Shown: positions 1-18,992 of the stretch, piece after piece
How the letters are laid out: each line of letters opens with the position of its first letter
How positions within the stretch are numbered: the stretch's first letter is position 1
Origin: the human T2T-CHM13v2.0 reference genome, Homo sapiens
Assembly: GCF_009914755.1 (NCBI RefSeq)
Contig: NC_060941.1
Direction: 5' to 3' (one strand)
DNA length: 64,000 nt
The notes under the pieces: generated by a model
Databases searched by the model: none
What the model was told of the DNA's origin: nothing
Seen by the model: only the letters and a program-made list of their open reading frames with translations
Made by a program: the position numbers and the translations under genes

Positions 1-90
1 CCAAGCAAGTTAGATGGCACCATAATAAAGTAATCAACCAAATCCAGAATGTGGAATAAGCAGTTAAAAAAAAAAAAAAAGGGGGGGGGA

Positions 91-375
91 GGCCAGGCGA
101 GGTGGCTCACACTATGGTCTCAGCACTTTGGGAGGCCAAGGTGGGCAGATGCTTGAGCCCAGGAGTTTGAGACCAGATTGGGCAACATGGTGAAAATCCA
201 TCTCTATAAAAAGTACAAAAAAATTTGCTAGGTGTGATGGTATGCACCTGTGGTCCCAGCTACCTGGGAGGCTGAAGTCAGACAATCGCTTGACTCCAGG
301 AGGCAGAGGTTACAGTGAGCCAAGATTGTGCCACTGCACGAGACCCTGTCTCCAAAAAAAAAAAGGAAAAAAAAA
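91..375 (+). mobile_element. Alu
   Basis: GGCCAGGC...GAGACCCTGTCTC plus A tail; small deletion near the 3' end. Confidence 0.9.
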
Positions 376-478
376 GGCATAGAGAAAGAACAACTGCTGT
401 AGAATAAAAGACTAAAGAGGCAAAACAACAAAATGCACTGTGCGAACTCTGATCCAGATGCAAACAAAGCAGATGTAG

Positions 479-1110
<632 letters not shown>

Positions 1111-1393
1111 TGCACTACTTTGAGAAAAAACATTCTAAAATCTATAGCCTGGAAAAGATAACTGCAAATAGAGTTAATTGCCAAAGGTAACAGCTAAAAC
1201 AATGATATAAAATATAAAGGGACAGTCGACTTGGGTATTTCATCTGGAAAGACTGACGAATATGTAAGTCTTTACTATCAAGTACATGCAGGAGAATCTT
1301 CAAAACAAACAGACTCCAAATAAATTCTAAAATGAGAAATTTGTAGATTCCATATGGTTAATATTTTACATGAAAATCGGGGTGTAAAAACTA

Positions 1394-2273
<880 letters not shown>

Positions 2274-2276
2274 TTA

Positions 2277-2465
<189 letters not shown>

Positions 2466-2599
2466 TTATGATTTGTGCTGGTTGAACAATTCAAAATAAT
2501 TTCAACATGCGGACAGTACTTTTAATTTACAAAGCAGCCTGCTAGTCAAAGATCTATAGCCTTCAAAGAGAATGTGCTGGCCCCCTCGCCCATTCATCA

Positions 2600-4060
2600 G
2601 GACAGGTGTCTCAAACCTTCTCTACTCTCCAATCTCTAGCCACGCACCTGCCCTTTCTCTCAGCAGGAGACTATCACAGTGTACTTCAGAGCAGAGAAGC
2701 CGCCGATGGGAATGACTTCCACTTCCACCATACAGTGTAAAAGCCAGTCTACATCTTTACCCATGCTTTTCTTCCTCCCTCTTGGAACAACAGAAGAAGG
2801 TAACTCTCTTCCACCAACTCCCTCCCTCTATGAGCCAGATCCACCCTACCCAGACTGTCTGGAACTTTTTACTATTCCTATTCTCTCCCATATCTGAATA
2901 TCTCCAATCTGTTCACCTTGGCATGCTTAAGCCTTTTACATCTTTAAAAACAACAAAACAAACCTTTCCTTGATCCCCACATCTTCATCGCACTCTCTTC
3001 CTTCACATCTTCACCCTCTATTTGCTTTTTTTTTTTTTAAGAGACAGGGCCTTGCTGTGTTGGCCAGGCTGGAGCACAGAGGTACAATCATAGCTCACTG
3101 CAGCCTCAAACTCCTGTGCTCAAGGGATCCTCCTGCTTCAGCCTCCCAAGCAGCTAGAACTATAAGCATGAGCCACCATACCTAGCTAAATTTAAAAAAT
3201 TTTTTGTAGACACAGGGTCTCACTATGTTGCTCAGATTGGTCTAAAACTCCTGAGGTCAAGCAACCTGTCCACTAAGCTTTCTTCGGTCCTCTCACGCAA
3301 CAGCACCTTAGCTCTGCTCCACCATTGGGTAGCTGGTTTTCAGTAAGGTCAGCAGTGATCACCAGGTCAATAAATCTAACACAGGCCTTCTCAGTTCTTC
3401 CATAATTTGATCTTCTATCTGACGCTACTGCTCACTCCCTCCTTGACACCCTTCCCCAGCTTCCCTTTTCCTTCTATCTCTATGGCTGTACTGTCTCAGT
3501 CTCCTTAGTGAACTCAGCCACGTTTAACTGATCCTGCAATGATGGGAGTCGCCCTGGCTCTCACTGGCCCCATCCACTCTCCTCTTTCTGCACCCCTCCC
3601 TAGGCAATCTCACTCACTCCCACGACTTCATTCCTATCTCTGTACTAACTCTGAGATTTATATCCCCCAACCTAGCCCTCTCTCCTGAGCTTCAGGCTCA
3701 TAATCTAACAGCTTTGGCAAATGTCTTCAAGGCCCCAAAACAAGGTGATCAGTCAAAAATGGAATTTAAGGTCCCTACCCCCAACCTCCTCCTCTGCTAG
3801 TTATCCCATCATTGACTTCGTTCCACAAGCTGATAGCCTGAGAGGTGCCCTGGAAACATCCGATGCTCGCACCCCTAGAACCCTACTACCACACCTTATC
3901 AATTCAACCCCTTCAACAACTAATAGTCACCCTAACCCAACAGACCATCATTTCTAGCCTCAATTCCTGAAACCATATAACTAATTTCACCTCAGCCACT
4001 CTCCCTCTCTCCATCCGGTCACCATCTTCTAAACAAAGCAATAGCTTAAAAACACATAGT
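2600..4060 (+). mobile_element. L2 fragments, with an antisense AluJ-like element at ~3025-3265
   Basis: Pyrimidine-rich L2 signature (aaggtcagcagtgat...ttctcagttcttc...actgctcactccctccttgacac). Confidence 0.6.
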
Positions 4061-4177
4061 GTGGTCACGTCATTTCTCTACACATTTATGTTTGATTGGA
4101 ATATTTTCAAACTTAAAAAAGAAAGAATAATCGCCCCAAAAAATAAAATTAAAAATTAAAAAAAAAAGAAAGAATAA

Positions 4178-4450
4178 GCCGAGCACAGTAGCTCACACCT
4201 GTAACCCCAGCACTTTGGGAGGCTGAGGTGGGCAGATTGCTTTGAGCTCAGGAGTTTGAGACCAGCCTGGGCAACATGGTGAAACCCTGTCTCTACAAAA
4301 AAACACAAAGATTAGCCAGGCATTGGTGCCGTGTGCCTATAGTCCCAGCTACTTGGGAGGCTGAGACAGGAGAACTGCTTGAAGCAAACATTGCAGTGAG
4401 CTGAGATCACACCACCGCACCCCAGCCTGGATGACAGAATAACATCCAAG
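4178..4450 (+). mobile_element. Alu
   Basis: Alu body; tail replaced by a purine-rich repeat. Confidence 0.88.
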
Positions 4451-4608
4451 AAAGAAAAGAAAGAAAAGAGGAAGAGAGAGACAGAGAGAGAGAGACAGAG
4501 ATGGGAGGGGAGGGGAGGGGAGGAAGGAAAGGACAGAAAAGGGAGGGAGGGAGGGAGGGAGGGAGGAAGGGAGGAAGGGAGGAAGGGAGGAAAGGAAAAG
4601 AAGGAAAG
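4448..4608 (+). repeat. Polypurine low-complexity tract (AAAG/GA/GGGA/GGAA)n
   Basis: About 160 nt, almost all purine. Confidence 0.92.
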
Positions 4609-5082
4609 ATGTCCCCTTAGCGGCTTCCCACACCCAAATCCCAAACATGACTGTCAAGACCCAAGCAAGCTGGGTCTGCTCACCTTCCAAACCTCAATTC
4701 TAGTCATGCCTTATTTTAGTGAGAGACACTCGTTACATTGCAACAATCTAAATTCTTGCTAAATAAATAAATACAATGCCATTCCAATCCTATAATGATG
4801 GTAGGGGCAGGGGCAGGAAACTTAGCAAAATTATCTAAAATTTAACCTGGAGAAATAAACAAGTAAGCATAACCAGGAAATCTCTGAAAATGAGTAATGA
4901 ATTATTTTTAAGGATATGCCAAGCCCTAGTAACACTTGAATAGAGTTCAAATATAAATGCAACAGGTACTTGCCCAAAAAAAGACACACATACCAGTGAG
5001 AATTTAGTATGTAACAAAGAAGGCATTTCAAATCAGCATGGAAAAATTATTCAATAAATGACATTGAACAACTGTCTACCCC

Positions 5083-6251
<1,169 letters not shown>

Positions 6252-6390
6252 GCTTATCCATTTGAAAAATTTAACCAAATTACTACCTTACACACAACCA
6301 TCTCATAACTCGAACATTCTCCTCGGTTTCCCACTCCTCAATCGATGCAATCTCTGCAGCTACTGCCCAAGTTGAAAGTTGATCATTTGG

Positions 6391-6680
6391 AGACCAGGTG
6401 CGGTGGCTCACGCCTGTAATCCCAGCACTTAGCCGGGCAGATCATTTGAGGTCAGGAGTTCCAGACCAGCCTGCCCAACATGGTGAAACCCTGTCTCTAC
6501 CACAAATACAAAAATTAGCCTTGCATGGTGGTGAACGTCTGTAATTCCACCTACTCAGGAGGCTGAGGCATGAGAATCGCCTGAACCCAGGAGGCGGAGG
6601 TTGTAGTGAGCCGAGATCGCGCCACTGTACTTCAGCCTGGGGTGACAGAGCGAGACTCTATCTCAAAAAAAAAAAAAAAG
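6391..6680 (+). mobile_element. Alu
   Basis: TSD gaaagttgatcatttg. Confidence 0.92.
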
Positions 6681-7264
6681 AAAGTTGATCATTTGAGTCC
6701 TGTGCCTAATTCAATATTCAGAACAGAACAGTAGTAATGTTCACATGCCACCTGTGGGGTGTATCCTCAGTCAGAAGTTTGGATCTAGAGGCAGTTCACA
6801 AGGCAAAGATTCAGTTCTGTCAAAACTCGCTTTGTAAATCTCTTAACAAGCCGGTAAAACACAGTGCTGGTTCACAGTAAGAGCAGTGCAGCCAGCTTGT
6901 CTATTTCTCTAGTTGGACATCATCTCAAGCAGTTGGTTTGAGCCAGAGTGAAGAAAAGAAATCACACTCCATCTCTAAGCACTGGGAGCGTACTTGGTGT
7001 AGAGATGAGATGCTGCCACTAAGGAAGGCCAGCTGGAACAGAGGCTGACTGAGGAGGCACCAGCAGATTCCCAGCTCCCACCTCAGCCTTCTGCTGGGAC
7101 ACTAGCTGCGAGGAATGAGGGGCAGAACTACCCTCCCTGTTTTGCCCATTATCTTTTTCTTTTTTGCCAAGCAAATGGGGTTAAATTTGCTTAGCCTCCA
7201 TGTGTTCACATGTCTCCCTTGTGAACCTAAGAATGTGCAAGCCACTAGAAAAGGATACATAACC

Positions 7265-7545
7265 TGGCCAGGCGCGGAGGCTCATGCCTGTAATCCCAGC
7301 ACTTTGGGAAACCATGGCGGGAGGATCGCTTGAGCCCAGGAGTTCAAGACCAGCCTAGGCAACATGGCAAAACCCCGTCTCTACTAAAAATACAAAAATT
7401 AGCTGGGCATGCTGGTGCACGCCTGTAGTTCCAGCTACTCAGGAGGGAGATGGAAGGATCACTTGAGCCCAGGAAGTTGAGACTGCAGTGAGCAGAGATG
7501 TACCACTGCACTCCAGCCTGGGTGACAGAGTCAAAAAAAAAAGAA
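7265..7545 (+). mobile_element. Alu (J-like)
   Basis: Alu body and A tail. Confidence 0.9.
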
Positions 7546-7701
7546 AAGGATATATATAACCTGGTTTTTGGCCTCTAAAAATGTATGCTCATGGAGTAGA
7601 CAAGATTTTTAAAAAGAATTATTCAATAACATAAGAAGCATGTAAAAATAAAACATATTTCTCTGGTGAAACAGAACCTAAAAAATATATATAACATACT
7701 A

Positions 7702-7896
<195 letters not shown>

Positions 7897-8201
7897 TTAA
7901 TCGAATTCTGTAACATGACAAGAAAAGCAAGCCAAATAATTGTTCTCTGCAGAGATATAGAAGCAACACGCAGAAAATACAAGTGTCAATTAGAAATGGC
8001 TCCCAGGAAAAATTCAACAATTTTAGGTACACTTTGGCCAATGAGTAGTGAGTCTTGTCTTCAAAGGGAAACTCAACTAAACCTTTCCATGCCTTACCAG
8101 AAAATTCTATTTTCCACTGCAGCATCCAAGAGGGATATGCAACATAGCCTCAGCACTGCTATGACAGTGGCAGCCTTTAGTCATTTAGTACAGAAGTACA
8201 A

Positions 8202-8490
8202 GGCCAGGTGCGGTAGCTCACGCCTGTAATCCCAGCACTTTGGGAGGCCAAGGTGGGTGGATCACCTGAGGTCATGGGTTCAAGACCAGCCTGGCCAACA
8301 TGGTGAAACCCCGTCTCTACTAAAAACACAAAAATTAGCTGGGCACGGTGGTGCACGCCTGTAGTACCAGCTACTCAGGATGCTAAGGCATAGGAATCAC
8401 TTGAACCTGGGGAGGCAGAGGTTGCAGTAAGCCAGGACCACGCCACTGCACTCTAGTCTGGGCAGCAGAGCAAGACTGTCTCAAAAAATT
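8202..8490 (+). mobile_element. Alu
   Basis: Alu body followed by (AATT)n. Confidence 0.9.
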
Positions 8491-8783
8491 AATTAATTAA
8501 TTAATTTTTTTAAAAAAACAAGTACAGAAGCAATGATACAACAAATACAACTATACCTCATTCTAAACTCTACTGAAATGAGAATTTATGAAACAGAGAA
8601 GCTTTTTATTTTATGCAATATAAAACAAAGTCTTTAAGACAGGTTAAACAACAATATCCCTTGGAAACGTAGTAGTTCCTTATGGCTAGCAGACACCTTG
8701 GAAATAACCTAAGAAATTTCAGAGGCAAAGAAATTCAGCCTTGGGAAGCTTCACTGCCAAGAGAGATAACTTGGCAGAGTTGA

Positions 8784-9113
<330 letters not shown>

Positions 9114-9257
9114 AGTATCCAGTGTTCTATTGCTGTAACTATCACCTTACTCTCAACCAGTTCTTAGAACTTTTTATTTAAGTATAATTTACATACAGAT
9201 ATAAACATACATGATAACTGTAAAGTTCAATACATTTTCATGAACCAAACACACCTA

Positions 9258-9595
<338 letters not shown>

Positions 9596-9886
9596 TGATT
9601 ATCAGACCAATTCTCCTTGTGCCTCCTCCCAGTCATTACTCCATAAAAGGTAATCACTATATTGACTTCTAACAGCATAAATGTTCAATATTTTATTTTT
9701 CAGTAGAAATCATGGTAGGTTATATAAAGTAAGTCAATAGTAAAGTCAGACTAACTTACAGAAATTTACAGTCTCTTTGAGATCAGCCTACTTGAAATGT
9801 GAGCTTGACATTCTAAGTAAAGACTTACAAGCAGTGCTGGGTCTACACCTCTAACTAAGCTCTTGGAAGTCTGTAAAGATCTTCAG

Positions 9887-10065
9887 ACCAGGCAGGGTGG
9901 CTTACCCCTGTAATTCCAGCACTTTGGGAGGCTGAGGCAAGAGGGTCACTTTAGTTTTTGCTTACTGAGATAACAGAAGACAAGGGAGGATTGCTTTAGG
10001 CCAGGAGTACAAGACCAGCCTGGGCAACATAGCGAGACCCTGCCTCTATTTTTAAAAATAATAAA
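9887..10065 (+). mobile_element. FLAM/Alu left monomer with an internal insertion
   Basis: Monomer interrupted by ~35 nt of non-Alu sequence. Confidence 0.75.
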
Positions 10066-10689
10066 ACAAAAAAAAATTCAAAAAGAAAAAGACATACATC
10101 CTTGTTCCAGAGACTGTGATTTATTTTCTTTTTAAATTGCTAACCAAAGAAAGCTTTACTCCTGGGCAGGGGAGGAGGAAGACACAAGGAGGATAGCCAA
10201 TCTCCCATTCATTCGGACTCTGGTAACCACAGAGCGGAGGTAACCAAATTCCACAGGCCTCACCGCTGAAATTCAACAGTGGCCAGCAGTAGCTTAATAT
10301 CATGGATTACGCCCAAGTACACAACATTCCTTTCTAGGATGAGAGAAAGCGAGCACAGAATTTATCCTCTTCACAAATGTGGCGTAAGTGACCAAAGAAT
10401 GATAAATGTTTTAATCATTCAAAGAAAGTCCATTATAGGTCTATAAAAGTCCAGTGCATTGCAGCACTCAAAATCTTGCCGGGCGACAAAACTAGAGATT
10501 CCTTTTCTTTGTTTCGAAAAACAAATCTCACAGATGAGGAGACTTTTCAGGAACATGCTGGGGGAGGGAAGGTACTTCCCGCTCAGATGCCCCTTGAGGC
10601 AGCTAGTCCCAATTCCCCCTGCCAACCGCACAGACACACCACCTTGACCTCCCTCTCCCTTCTCTTTCCTCTTATTGCTACTCATGTGC

Positions 10690-11860
10690 CCCAGGCGCCC
10701 GTGGTCCTGACACCCCTGCGCCGCTGGAGACCCCTCTAAGGTAAGATGGCTCCGACTACAGGGCCTTTTTGGCACGCTCAGTCTCCCAGCCCCAAGCGCC
10801 AAAAGTGCATTAGGGAGAAACGTCGGCACGACGTCAAGGGCGCGAACAAGCGTGGTGGCCCAGGTGAGCGTGCGCGGCAGCCAGGCACGCCCGGCTCCCG
10901 GGGAAGGACGCCCCTTTTTTGCCCCGGCTGCCAGGCCGCTCCTTCTCAACTTGTGCGCCCCTGGAAGAGCAAAGAGAGGGCCCTGCGTGGAACCTATGAA
11001 GCCTCCTTCGGTTCCTCGCTGCTCCGGCCCTAGAGAGGGCGAAGAAGGAACAGCGGAGCCCAATCCCTTTCCGAAAGCCACCGCCGCCCTCCAGTTTCTG
11101 GCCCGCAGACGAAGTGGAGATCCAGCCAGGTCTTGAGTGCTGCCGCCCCATCCCTGCAGCCGGAGACTCACCTGTTGCCACTCAAGGTACCGCTACCTAC
11201 AACACCGCCGACTCCGCGGCCTTTAGGATTTCAGCTCAGTTCAGCTAAACCACGACAGGCGTGGGGGCAGGAACAGCAACCAACCAATCACCCACCGCCT
11301 CCTGGAGCTTTTGCACCAATGAGCTCGAAGTTTTGTGAGTGACGACATATCTGGCCAACGCAAAGAAGAGTAAGGGCCTGGGAGGGAGGGAGCGCCGTAG
11401 GCGACGCCATGAAGCTCTGGCAATACCATGTTCATCTTCAAATCACAGTTAAACGAATTCTGGCGAGACACGCCCACGTCCCCCACCCCCGATGCCATGT
11501 GCGACCAATCAGAAAAGCAAAAGGATTGTCTATTTGCACGGCCAATCAGCTGGGAAAATCGCCGAGGTTTGAGCTAACCTCGGAGCGTCCACACCAACCG
11601 GGAGGGGACATGTGGGCCGGGCCAAGTTAATAGTGCCATGGAAGGAAATTTACCGCGGTTGAGTTAAACGTAGACATTAGTTTGGGGCGGTGTTCCGCGT
11701 AGGAAATACCACACACTGACACTGAAATTAGGCATAAGGAAGTTTTCCTATTCCGCCTGAGGCTAGACTGCCCTCCCACCTCTACACAGATTTTCAAGTT
11801 GGGGAAAATACTGGCCACCCGCACCTCGTTAAGACGTCGCAGAACCAGTCCTCGTTTCCG
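10690..11860. promoter_or_regulatory. CpG-island promoter of ARL17 with four CCAAT (NF-Y) boxes
   Basis: High GC and CpG density. CCAAT at 11284, 11316, 11505 and 11542. Confidence 0.8.
11172..11260 (-). other. ARL17A: ARL17A/B non-coding exon 1 (5' end approximate)
   Basis: Strong minus-strand donor GGCAACAG|gtgagt at 11172/11171 inside a CpG island, just downstream of CCAAT boxes. TSS not determinable from sequence. Confidence 0.75.
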
Positions 11861-12014
11861 AGAAATGCTTTCTATAGTCAGTTCCCTAAATGCCCAACTT
11901 GTTAGCTAAAAAGGTTACAAACGCCTGTAAATGGTACATAACTGAAATCATCAGAACAACAAACATCTATTAAACATATACTATGTGCCAGAAACTATAT
12001 CAAGAACTTCAGCA

Positions 12015-12315
<301 letters not shown>

Positions 12316-12318
12316 CTA

Positions 12319-13086
<768 letters not shown>

Positions 13087-13110
13087 TAATCTTTTTAAGC
13101 AAATACAGAA

Positions 13111-13658
13111 TGGAAACTGCCCTCACAGGATTAAGGAGAGTTACAAGCCAGGCTTTAGGCAGCATTATATATAGTTAGCTGTTATCCAGGGTGCACAAGT
13201 GTACTTTGACCCACTTCCCTGCAGCTGCTAACTCACTGAACATCACTCCACGTGCTAGACCACCTCCTACCTGTTTCTCCATGGTTCTTACCATGAGTAA
13301 GAATTTCTGACGCTAGACTCATAAGATCGTTTTGCCCAAGAACGGGTTGTTTTTCAGATCCTGAATTCTGACGTCCCCAACCAAGGAACCCACTCAGCAC
13401 AAGAATGAGGTTTCTTGGTCTCCCTGTCTCATGACTTCGCCCTTCACTTCTTGACCAATCATCGATCCCCACACTGCAGCCCCTGTCCAGAGGACTTAAA
13501 AACCCTGCCCCCCAAACCTCTCAGGGAGGTGGATTTGAGGCTTCTTCCCATCTCCTCATTCAGATGCCCTGTGATTATTAAACTCTTTCTTTGCTGCAGC
13601 CAGGTGTCTCTGTATGCTGACTCACTGTGCATTGAGCAAACAAAACTATTAAATTACA
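13111..13658 (+). mobile_element. Solo ERV1-class LTR (LTR8/LTR26-like)
   Basis: TG..gaaactgccc start, internal CCAAT (gaccaatca), ggatttgag, attaaactctttctttgctgca polyA region, ...ttaca end. Confidence 0.7.
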
Positions 13659-13769
13659 GTACTACTTACTCTTCTAATTACAGTGCTTATATGTATGAGG
13701 GTTAATATAAATACATATGACTCCTTAAAAATTAAAGTATGTTTTTTCTGACTATAAAAATTATACATA

Positions 13770-14087
<318 letters not shown>

Positions 14088-14405
14088 TTAATTTTCATTT
14101 ATTTGATGACTTGCTATTTTTCCAAATGTTTACTAGTATTTTTATTTCATCTATTAGAAATGATATATTCATGTCCTACTGACTTCCAAGGGAAAGATAG
14201 AAAGTTGTTTTGCCAGGAACTATGAAGGTTGTTTGAATGGAGTCATCATAACCTAAAAAAAAGGTGAAATAACGAAGGTGAGATTTTTACTTACCATTGT
14301 TTGTTCCTACAGAAGGAATGCTGGAGCTGATAATTATGAGAATTTATCCTTCCATCCCTCATAGCCTAAGAATATTCATTATTTTCCCAATATCTGCACT
14401 GAGCC

Positions 14406-15462
<1,057 letters not shown>

Positions 15463-15554
15463 AGCCTCTGAATAAACAAAGTTCCTGCCCACATGGCATT
15501 CAATTGCTAAACAATTATAATCACATAAATACATACACATATACGTATATGTTT

Positions 15555-15585
<31 letters not shown>

Positions 15586-15590
15586 TTTAA
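15555..15590. repeat. (TA)n microsatellite
   Basis: Direct reading. Confidence 0.85.
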
Positions 15591-15597
15591 TACATAC

Positions 15598-15905
<308 letters not shown>

Positions 15906-16503
15906 TACATTCATATAGAGAGAGAAAAAGAGGGAGAATTTTATAATGATATGCATGAGGAATGTATAGGGGAAGAGGCTAAAAATAGGCCGAACTTACT
16001 AGTGAATATATTCAGGAGGTAGGACTGTGATTGTTTTTAAGTGATCGAGGGAAAATAGTGTACTGATTTTAAAATGGAAAACTCAACTTATTTTTTAAAA
16101 ATTAAAACTCTGACAAGAGGGAGGTTTAATTGAAATCACAGTGGCTGCTCAGGGAAGTTTATAAATCTCGAACTGCAACGACTCAATAAGCATGAATTGC
16201 TTGTGATGATATTGACTTAATAGAGTTATTTTTTCCTTAATAGAAAACACATCTTATCAATATAATGTTATTTGTAAAGCATGGAAAGGACAAAGTGCTC
16301 TTGGGAGAAGTAGAAAGAGAATTTCACTCTGAGAAACCTATTTGGAGAAAGCTCCTCATCTCTGGCTTAGACTTTAAAATTAGTTAATAGTGTAATTAGG
16401 GATAGTTGTAGTAATAGTGGTATTGGTATGGTAGTTAGAGTTTAAATGTCACACAGAATACCCAGACCACCTTCCCCCAAGTGCCACTAAACTTATTCTT
16501 CTA

Positions 16504-16971
<468 letters not shown>

Positions 16972-17223
16972 TCAAGAGTAGCCAATATAGTCACCCCAGT
17001 CGGCTGTGGTGTGTGGGCCTCTAGTGTTTTAAGGTTCTAGGCAACTTAGCCCCTCCCAGGAGATGCTGATTTACTTTTCTCAAGGTGCATAAAGTCTCAT
17101 CACACCAATATCTGAAAAATCTCTTTTCAAAGAGATGCAGGCAGCCTTCCAGCCCCATGATGTTAATACACAGGGTTAGGCAGCCTGGCAAGTGCACTGG
17201 GGCCCCCACTGAAGGATCATCTG

Positions 17224-17237
17224 GTTTCCATAGCAAC
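17224..17237. promoter_or_regulatory. RFX X-box motif GTTTCCATAGCAAC
   Basis: Near-palindromic match to the RFX consensus GTTNCCATRGNAAC in non-repeat DNA. Function not shown. Confidence 0.45.
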
Positions 17238-17962
17238 AGTCCTTCCTTTCCACGGAGGATTCTATCATCTCTCCTGCTCACTCAGGCTTTCCAGAATGAA
17301 TTGTTTTTTGTGACTATAGGTGTTTGTCCTTGATCCTGCAAAGAGAAAAGACATATTCATTTAAAACAAACACCCCCCACCCCGCCCCGCAACTGACTGC
17401 AGCTAGAATACTGCATTGCATCAGCTGGTCTTCCTTTCATTTAAAAATTCCATGTCCTTTCTCCATTTTGCTCCGTTCTCTAGCTTTATCCATCATTTTA
17501 GAAAACAGGTTTCTCTGACAGAAAACAAACAGATGGCAACTCCATCATCCTAAAACTGGCTGTGACGGGGCTCTAAAATTAAGTGTTCATGGGGCTCCCA
17601 GAAAGCCTAGGCTTGCATGGTATGTGTGGCTGACCTGTGAGTTACGATTGGAGGGGCAAGAGAAGGCTTTCTATACACAGATGGCTCCCCATACAGTGTC
17701 ACAGTCTCTGAAGTGTTGCCTTTTGAGGTTTGTTTTCTTAGGTCAGGCACTGCTGTCCTGTCAGTATTTTCCTAAATTGCCAATACTCCTGGGAAGAGTA
17801 ATACGTTAGGTTACTAATACTGAAAGAACTTGGGAAAGAGAGGAGGGGGTGCAGCGGGAAGGGAATAAAAGGGGCTCTGAAGACCACCTTTGTGTGCTTC
17901 ACAGTGACATCTTCTGCAAGAGGGGAAGTGCAGGTCTTCATCTCTCTCTTTGTCTCTCTCTG

Positions 17963-17963
<1 letters not shown>

Positions 17964-18002
<39 letters not shown>
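17964..18002. repeat. (CA)n microsatellite, ~19 units
   Basis: Direct reading. Confidence 0.97.
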
Positions 18003-18006
<4 letters not shown>

Positions 18007-18578
18007 GGACGCCTTCTGACAATTACAATACAGTAGTGAATTCACCGAACAGGACTGTTCCCTGAAACACCTACATACAATCCCGCTGGAAGACCTTTGA
18101 AACAGCCCTGCAGTGACTAAAAACTCTGTCCCCAGTGCCACTTGTTTAACCCTACAGTTTCCACAGACTAAAGGTAGTTTTCCTTTGGTTAATATGAAAA
18201 CACCAAATAGTCAGATTGCTTTGTTAAATAAAGTGGATTACGGTGAATCTGTTCACTTCTATGTTTTATATTGCCCTCACTCCACAAATCACAGAAGATA
18301 TTTATTTTTCCCCCAGTTAAATTCTGTTACCACAACCATTACAAACAAATGTCTATATAACCAAAATGTTAGTCAGCCCCATTCCAATGGAGCACATTTT
18401 AAGTGATGTTTAATGGGACATAATTTGAACATAAAATTCTATCTGTGCACTGTTTTCAAGTCTTTGAATCAGGCCTCCACCTATAGATGTTGGTTACCTA
18501 TCAGGGAGCAACAGGTGATGCTAAGGATCACTTTGTAAAAACCAGGAATCACATCCCTGTAACTGACAGGAAACTGAC

Positions 18579-18992
18579 TATATTCATCAGGGTTCTCCAG
18601 AAAAATAGAACTAACAGAATGTGTATATACATAGGAGGAAATTTTGTTTAAGGAATTGACTCGTGTGATCGTGGAGACTTTGGGAGCCCAAAATCTGATG
18701 GGAGAAGCTGGCATGCAGGAGGCCCAGGGAAGAGTTACAGTTCTAGTCCACAGGTAACCTGCTAGAGAATTCCTTCTTGTTCTGGATGAGTTTGGCCTTT
18801 TGTCTATTCAGGCTTTCAAGTGATTGGATGAGGCCCACCTACATTATGGAGGGCAACCTTCTTTACTCAAAGTCTACAGATTTAAATGTAAATCTCATCC
18901 AAAAACACCCTCACAGAAACATCCAGAATAATATTTGATCAAGTATCTGGGCAACATGGCCAAGCCAAGTTGACACAGAATTAACCGTCACA
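18579..18992 (-). mobile_element. MLT2-type (ERVL) LTR
   Basis: cagggttctccaga...aaggaattgactc...gattggatgaggcccacc...ccaagttgacaca...ttaaccgtcaca. Confidence 0.85.

Noticed and set aside
10735-10870. Plus-strand donor-like motifs AAG|GTAAGA and CAG|GTGAGC in the ARL17 CpG island
   Set aside because: No upstream plus-strand promoter or acceptor can be supported from the sequence.
10419-11171. 250-aa minus-strand ORF
   Set aside because: It starts at the GTG of the ARL17 exon 1 splice donor, runs through stop-poor CpG-island DNA, and shows no recognisable homology.
16200-16335. GTGATGA ... CTGA resembling a C/D box snoRNA
   Set aside because: No terminal stem, no recognisable guide sequence and no evident host intron.
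17021-17281. 86-aa minus-strand ORF in unique DNA
   Set aside because: Non-ATG start and no recognisable homology; not called as CDS or pseudogene.
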